DNA from: Schmidtea polychroa
Lineage: Eukaryota
Direction of reading: 5' to 3'
DNA: 64,000 nucleotides
Assembly (NCBI GenBank): GCA_044892525.1
Contig: CM097886.1
Span: 162,428,312-162,492,311, forward strand
In this document: piece by piece, positions 57,936 through 64,000 of the stretch
How the letters are laid out: every line of letters starts with the position of its first letter
How positions within the stretch are numbered: the stretch's first letter is position 1
The notes under the pieces: generated by a model
Database searches by the model: none
What the model was told of the DNA's origin: nothing
What the model saw: only the letters and a program-made list of their open reading frames with translations
Program-made: the position numbers and the translations under genes

Positions 57936-58691
57936 ATGTCCAAGGCACCAACCGATGCGGTAATACGTCCCTGTTTCTCGTGCGCGGACAAGAACCAATT
58001 AATACAGACACTCCAGACCCAAAATGGCCTCCTAAAAAAGAAAACCGATCATTTAGAAGGAACGTACTTCTCCCCAAATCAAATGAAGGAGATGCGAACT
58101 AGAATTACCCGATTGGAAAAATGTCGGGATGACATGCTAGAAGAAAATCGTGCTTTACGTACCTTTATCAAGGAGCAATCCGAAGCATTACATCGTGTGT
58201 TCGTCCAAGCTTCGGTTACGCGGAAAATCGTCAACATACCGCTCGCAGAAGAAGATAACTTGTTCCCATCTCACTATTTGTCAGGGATCTCGTCGATAAA
58301 ACCACTAAATCAGGTCAACGTAAGCCACTCGAACATTCCTCAGCCGACGATTCCAGCCGAAGTTATCTGCACAGGCGCCAGTCATGCCGACCCCAGAATA
58401 GTGGACTTAACCACCTCGGTCACTCTTTCGGAGGCGAAAAAGGTCAAGAAACGCCGGCAACCAACTAGGGCCGAGCGTACCAAAAGGAGAAGGGCCCTTC
58501 AGGCCGAAAGGGAAGCGGCTCTGATCGCCTCGGTTCAACCACCAATTCCAGCACTCCCCGCAGAACCTTCCTCGCATTCTCTTCCTATCTTCAGGGTAAT
58601 CCCGCCCGTCGATTCCTCCTGGGAGGAAAATGCTAAAGACTTTTTCGATCTCGATGAGATCTTTGCCGGAGCTTCTCCGAATACCTTGTGA
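57936..58691 (+). CDS. Orphan 251-aa protein (CxxC, predicted coiled coil, basic patch, Pro-rich tail)
   Basis: ATG-initiated intact ORF, visibly more GC-rich than its flanks. No recognised family. Confidence 0.5.
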   Translation: MSKAPTDAVIRPCFSCADKNQLIQTLQTQNGLLKKKTDHLEGTYFSPNQMKEMRTRITRLEKCRDDMLEENRALRTFIKEQSEALHRVFVQASVTRKIVNIPLAEEDNLFPSHYLSGISSIKPLNQVNVSHSNIPQPTIPAEVICTGASHADPRIVDLTTSVTLSEAKKVKKRRQPTRAERTKRRRALQAEREAALIASVQPPIPALPAEPSSHSLPIFRVIPPVDSSWEENAKDFFDLDEIFAGASPNTL

Positions 58692-61600
58692 TTACATCTC
58701 TGTCCTCTCTCGAAAATTATATAATTCCGCAAATGTATTTTTTATTGTTGTTTGTAATAACTCGTTAATATAATTTTCTATCGTGATTTGACAACTTAAA
58801 CCGTCTTGGGTGTTTGAGGAATGATAAATGTTTGGACGTGAAAATGGTAGTGAATGCTGAGAATAATGGGTGAGAAAGATTAGATAAAGCTGAATTTAGG
58901 GGGTATAGAAGTGATGATAATGAAATGGAAGCTGCTATCGAATGTGAAATAAAGACAGAACTAGTGGTTGAGTGTCGTAGTGGAATGTGATGGTAAATCG
59001 GAATGATACATTGAATCCTTGAATGATGTTTATGACGTAAGTCCTTCTATCGGCCGTCGGATGTTTGTTAAGTCGAGTTAAGATGGGGGAGTAGTCCTAA
59101 GGCAGGGGCTCACCTGCTCCATCGTAGCTCGCCGACATGGCACAGCACCAACATGAGTACAACTCATGGGTGTCATGCTCGGAGTATGATCGTGTGGGTT
59201 TTGATTAAGGGTCCCGTGAGATAAAGATGTTAAGTGTGTGATGAGGACTATCAACCCCTTGTGTAATGGAACAAATTTCGTGACCCGACCCAAGACCCAG
59301 CAATAGGTACTACATAATAGCAAAATTACAAATTTCAGTGAATCATGAATGGTGAATGGAGAAACATAAATAAAACAATTTGATATTTAAAGTAATATTT
59401 ATTGAAAATATAAATATAACTAATGAGATGAGTAAACCTGATTTGAGGATTGTTAAATAAATCAAAGTCTAGAATTTTCTAATATCTATTTTATGACAAA
59501 ACAGTTCAAGTATTTATCTCGTTAGGATCGAAGACTATTATTAAACAGCGAACATGAAATATATGACAACTGTTGGGCTAGAACTGACTTCTAGACCCAA
59601 ACTTGAATTGTGACTGAAAGGTGCAGGTACACAACATGCAAAAGCAAGAAGTTTAGCTAAATATTAAAATTACATCAAATAAACAATATTAACTAAAGGA
59701 GAAAGTAACAAAAACCTAAAACACAAAAATTAAATAAAATTATACAAAGCAAGAAGTGATGCAAAAATAGAACTCAAAAACAACCAAATAAACACAGATA
59801 AGCATAAAACAGACTCGAACAACTTAAAAGACGATAAAAACCGAAAAATTTCCAGAAAAGCCCAGAACATTCCATTAAAATGGCGATGACCATCACAAAA
59901 GCCAGCTAGAACAATAAAAGTTAGAGGAAATAAATAAATTAGTATTAAAAATAATAAATCTTAAAAAGAAATTCACAAAACATCGGTTAAAATAAAAATT
60001 AAATTAAAAGCAAAATAGAATGTTCTGGAACCGTTCCAAATCCATCATGGACGGCAAATTAACGAAAAATAATTAAAAAATAAAAATATAAAAATAAAAA
60101 CAAAAATTATGGCACAAAAATTGTCATTAAAAATAGCAAAATCGCTAAATAGAAAATTCTGGAATAAAAAGAATTCGAGTTTGTTTTAATGCATCAATAC
60201 ATACACGTGTACAAAATAGGTATATATACTGACACGTTTCAGTCACAATCAATCACTTTTTTATGCCAAATTTTTGTGACGAAATTTCCAGAATCGATAG
60301 TAAGCATTGATCTTTATTTGTATATTAATTGTTTAATTATATAGATGGTATTTTAAATTTATTTTGCTTAAAATTTTTTTTGCGATGTATGAGTGATCAA
60401 CGGCGTACTGGTATTCCTGCGTCGTTGTTCAGTCCTGCATTCAATTTATTAAAATCGTTATTAACAGGACATGCAGACACGCATTATCATTATTATAGTG
60501 ATATTTATTATATGATTTCTTTTTGTTCGGGTCAGCCGGAGGTCGAACTACTTCATGGTCCTGCCATGGAGTTAGGTCGAGGAAACCCTCCGCCTGACTC
60601 TTTGTATTTATTCAAGGTCAACCGTAAATGGTTGACTCAGCACACAACACTAAGGTTTGTAGAAGTGGTCACAGTGGGGCCATGGAAGCAATATTCTTCC
60701 CGACTTTCGTTTAATACACATGTAAAATCAACATTCAAAATCATAAACAACGACTCCACACTAAGTTCCTAAATTGAGTAGAGCTCATACCTAAACTTAC
60801 ACAATTCTGCAAGCACACTAATGTAGTTGGTTGGTCAATAATAGTAATTTCAGTTATACTTAAACATATGCCGAACGAGATTTTGTAATAGGAGTTTATG
60901 ATAAAGCAATGGAAAGGAGAAAGCTATTCGGCATACGTATAAGTAGAACTTAATCTAGATAGGTTACTTTAATGTAAATATAGGTACTCCAAATCCAAAG
61001 GATTAAAATTAAGAATTCCCACTTTAGAATATTCGTAAAGATATAAATACTTAGTTATAATGTCATAAATATCGGTAAGATCTTAAATATAACTATATTG
61101 AAGTAAATCATTAATTAAATATTCAGATTAGAAATCATATATTTTGAGTATACAATTTTTATATATAGATGTGGAACCTCGGAAAATATAACTTATAACT
61201 AGTTATCGGTAAACCCGAAAAATGTAGGGAAATAATACTGATCACGCAAAGGTAATTCTTAAAAGTTATGCAAAGTCGAATAGGAAATCGTGAATCATTA
61301 AATCAAAATCTATAAAAATTCTAAATTACAAACTTGTAAATTATAAATGAATTTATGAATTATACAATACAAAAGTATAAATAATGAAATACAAATGTAT
61401 AAAATATAAAATTATAAACAGTGAAAAGAAAAATCATAAACTATAAAATATAAACTCCTAAATCAAAAATATAATTATAAATTATAAATTGGTAAATTTT
61501 AAAATTATAAATTAAAAATTGGAAAATTAAGAATTATCAAAACATAAATTTATAAATTATAAAACATAAAAGTAGAGATTATAAAATATAAAATTATACC

Positions 61601-61796
61601 GTATAAAATATAAAGTCGTAAAGTATTAAATTATAAACTATAATATACATGACTAGAAACTATAAAGTATAGATTCGTATATGGTAAAATATAAAGTTTG
61701 AATTATAACCAGATAACTTGTAAAGGTAACTTCCTAAATCATAAAATAGGAATTTCTAAAATTAGGAACTACGAACCTCTAATCGTAAAATATAAA

Positions 61797-62350
61797 ATGA
61801 TACCACTATTATTATTATTCCTAACACTATTATCATTATTATTATTACAAATATTATCATCATTATTACTATTATTATCATTNNNNNNNNNNNNNNNNNN
61901 NNNNNNNNNNNNNNNNNNNNNNNNNNNNNNNNNNNNNNNNNNNNNNNNNNNNNNNNNNNNNNNNNNNNNNNNNNNNNNNNNNNNNNNNNNNNNNNNNNNN
62001 NNNNNNNNNNNNNNNNNNNNNNNNNNNNNNNNNNNNNNNNNNNNNNNNNNNNNNNNNNNNNNNNNNNNNNNNNNNNNTCATTATCCTTACCACGATCATG
62101 ATTAGTATTACTATGATTACTATCATCATTATTATCATCATTATCATTATTAGTGTTATTATCAGCAACATCAAGCCCATGGTTGTTAATAGTTTTACTA
62201 CTTTTAGTTAGCCTTAATATTATTACATTTGTTAATATAGACCCAATTATGGGGACTACCATTCTCCTAGTTATTATCCTTATTACTATTAATATTACGA
62301 TCGATATTAAATGAATTATTATTATCAATATTGTTATTAGTCAGGCCTAT
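61797..62350. repeat. (ATT/ATC)n-rich low-complexity tract spanning a gap
   Basis: Runs of ATT, ATC and ACT triplets. Confidence 0.8.
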
Positions 62351-62595
62351 ATAGTCGTAAAATACCATTTAGTCGAACATATAGTTAATTACATATATTA
62401 GGATCATACCTATCGGCCAAATATACAAACAATATAAGTTAGAATCATTTTTGTCTTGGTTATTATTAATCCCGGAAAAAACCAATATACCGATCTGATA
62501 TCGATTTGAGAATTCCCCAGAAATTTAAAATTAGAAGTAACCCTTTTGAGCCAATCGGAAGGATCAGAATTCTGAAAAAACTATTTTTAGCAACA

Positions 62596-62607
62596 CTCCC
62601 CCCCCCC
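62596..62607 (-). other. Candidate polypurine tract directly followed by TGTTG (possible 3' LTR start on the minus strand)
   Basis: Minus strand reads GGGGGGGGGGAG|TGTTGCTAAAA. No second LTR or pol gene is visible in the window. Confidence 0.35.
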
Positions 62608-63396
62608 AGAGGAATGTTACCATTGTTCAAGTCACTTAGGGATATGAATGAGGGGGTAGGATCAGCTACACCAGCTAATACCGAAGATAGAACCAAATTT
62701 AATTTCTATCAAATTAACATAGAAAATTTTATTTAACAAAATTGGCCGGGAATAACAAATTATTGTGCACCCGCGTTGAAATCTCCAAGAACATTGACTC
62801 TCGCCTAGTAACGAGAAGCCGAACTCCAGGAGCCGAATGTTGACCCCTCCAGCTGGAAAAATCCTTGCCAAGTTGTCCTTAATTTAGGTGCATATAATTA
62901 ATGAATAAATTACCCAAATTGCACAAAGGATGATTCCACCACTTGGGACGAATACAACCAGGGGAAGAGTAAGTGAGTGAGAGACTGAGCTCACCACTAG
63001 TACCCATCGCCTGGTGTACCCGCTTTTCGTGGTTTTTGCTATAGTTCTGGAAAAATTATCTGAAAAATAAATATTTGAAGGTTTAAATTACCATCTAGTG
63101 GTAAATAAATGATAAATAATCAAAATAGTAATTTCAAACAAAAATGACCTTGAGGAAATTTTCTGTCGGGGTATAGATCTTCCAACGTTAATGTCTAATT
63201 TGGATAAAATTCTTTTTAATTTAATTAGTTAAAAATTATAGCGATAAATTAAATCAAAAATTTCATGTTAAAAGTAGTTATATTAATTATAGTAAATGTG
63301 ATAGTTAAAGTAATATTTATTTTGGTATATTTTATTATAACGTCAATTTATAAGCTACATGGGTTATACACAGGCCTTAATCTTTATACTACAGGC

Positions 63397-63762
63397 ATGT
63401 CCCAATCAGACGATTACAGTGATGAAGAGACCCACCGGCGAATGATCACCCGGCTCCGTACGCGGTATATTTGGTACCGCATCCACGACTGGAATCGTGG
63501 GTTGGACCTTGACAACTTTGGCCCCGTTATCCGAAGTGGCCCGGAACCGGATGCCCCGGCATGGGTGAAAACGGAGCCGGAGAACAACACACTTCGAGAG
63601 GCCCGAGATCAAGCAGCCAGTGATGTAGAAGCCGCTCAGATCCGGCTGAAGAAACTAGAATTGCAGCTTCGGGCCAAGAGTGAGGGAGTATCCCTGGAGG
63701 AACTCGAGGAAGCCGAGACAACCCCGCGAAAGAGGGGAAGGCCCCGCAAGCAACTAACGTGA
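63397..63762 (+). CDS. Orphan 121-aa protein with predicted coiled coil and C-terminal AT-hook (RKRGRPRK)
   Basis: GC-elevated segment starting at ATG 63397; the AT-hook core RGRP is flanked by basic residues. Confidence 0.5.
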   Translation: MSQSDDYSDEETHRRMITRLRTRYIWYRIHDWNRGLDLDNFGPVIRSGPEPDAPAWVKTEPENNTLREARDQAASDVEAAQIRLKKLELQLRAKSEGVSLEELEEAETTPRKRGRPRKQLT

Positions 63763-64000
63763 TTGGGGGTTGACAATTCGATTAACTTAGACAATTTATT
63801 TTTATCTTTTGTATATGAACTAAATATTAGAAGTTCGTTGGTGTTTAATTCATTTTTCAATTATATATTAGTTAAATATGAGTAGGCGTCAGGTGTTTAT
63901 TCTTGACTTAAGTATTTTCCTTTGGTTTTGTAAATTATTTGATAGATGGAGGAATTATAAAGATGCCCTATGCGAAAGCGCTGCTATTAATTCATTGATT

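Noticed and set aside
59870-59900. TGGCGATGACC as a primer-binding site
   Set aside because: No adjacent LTR end or downstream gag ORF could be established.
60329-60772. 147-aa ORF with a non-ATG start
   Set aside because: No motifs, a non-canonical start and no splice context; probably a chance or decayed repeat ORF.

Overview
AT-rich animal genomic DNA with four assembly gaps (N runs at 32411-32601, 37047-37195, 44096-44268 and 61883-62077). The host is not identifiable from sequence alone; the composition and element types would fit a flatworm such as a planarian, which is inference only. Bases 1-27.8 kb are a tandem array of a 220-bp tRNA-Leu(UAA) unit invaded four times, head-to-tail and at exactly the same position, by a 7,877-bp non-LTR retrotransposon of the restriction-like-endonuclease (R2/NeSL) type. 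Each insertion leaves an intact tRNA upstream and a 111-bp duplicate (tRNA nt 6 to +34) downstream, which looks like an exceptionally long target-site duplication. The element encodes an orphan ORF1 and an ORF2 (one Ulp1/C48-like protease, two apparent pseudo-protease repeats, RT, CCHC knuckle, RLE nuclease). ORF1 and ORF2 are in the same frame, separated by a single TGA, and neither has a usable AUG near its start, so translation must be non-canonical. The rest of the window holds a complete but decayed hAT transposon (16-bp TIRs, 8-bp TSD), hAT, piggyBac and Tigger relics, a foldback repeat family, microsatellites, one host gene (a three-exon FoxC forkhead gene) and orphan ORFs near a possible LTR boundary at the right end.
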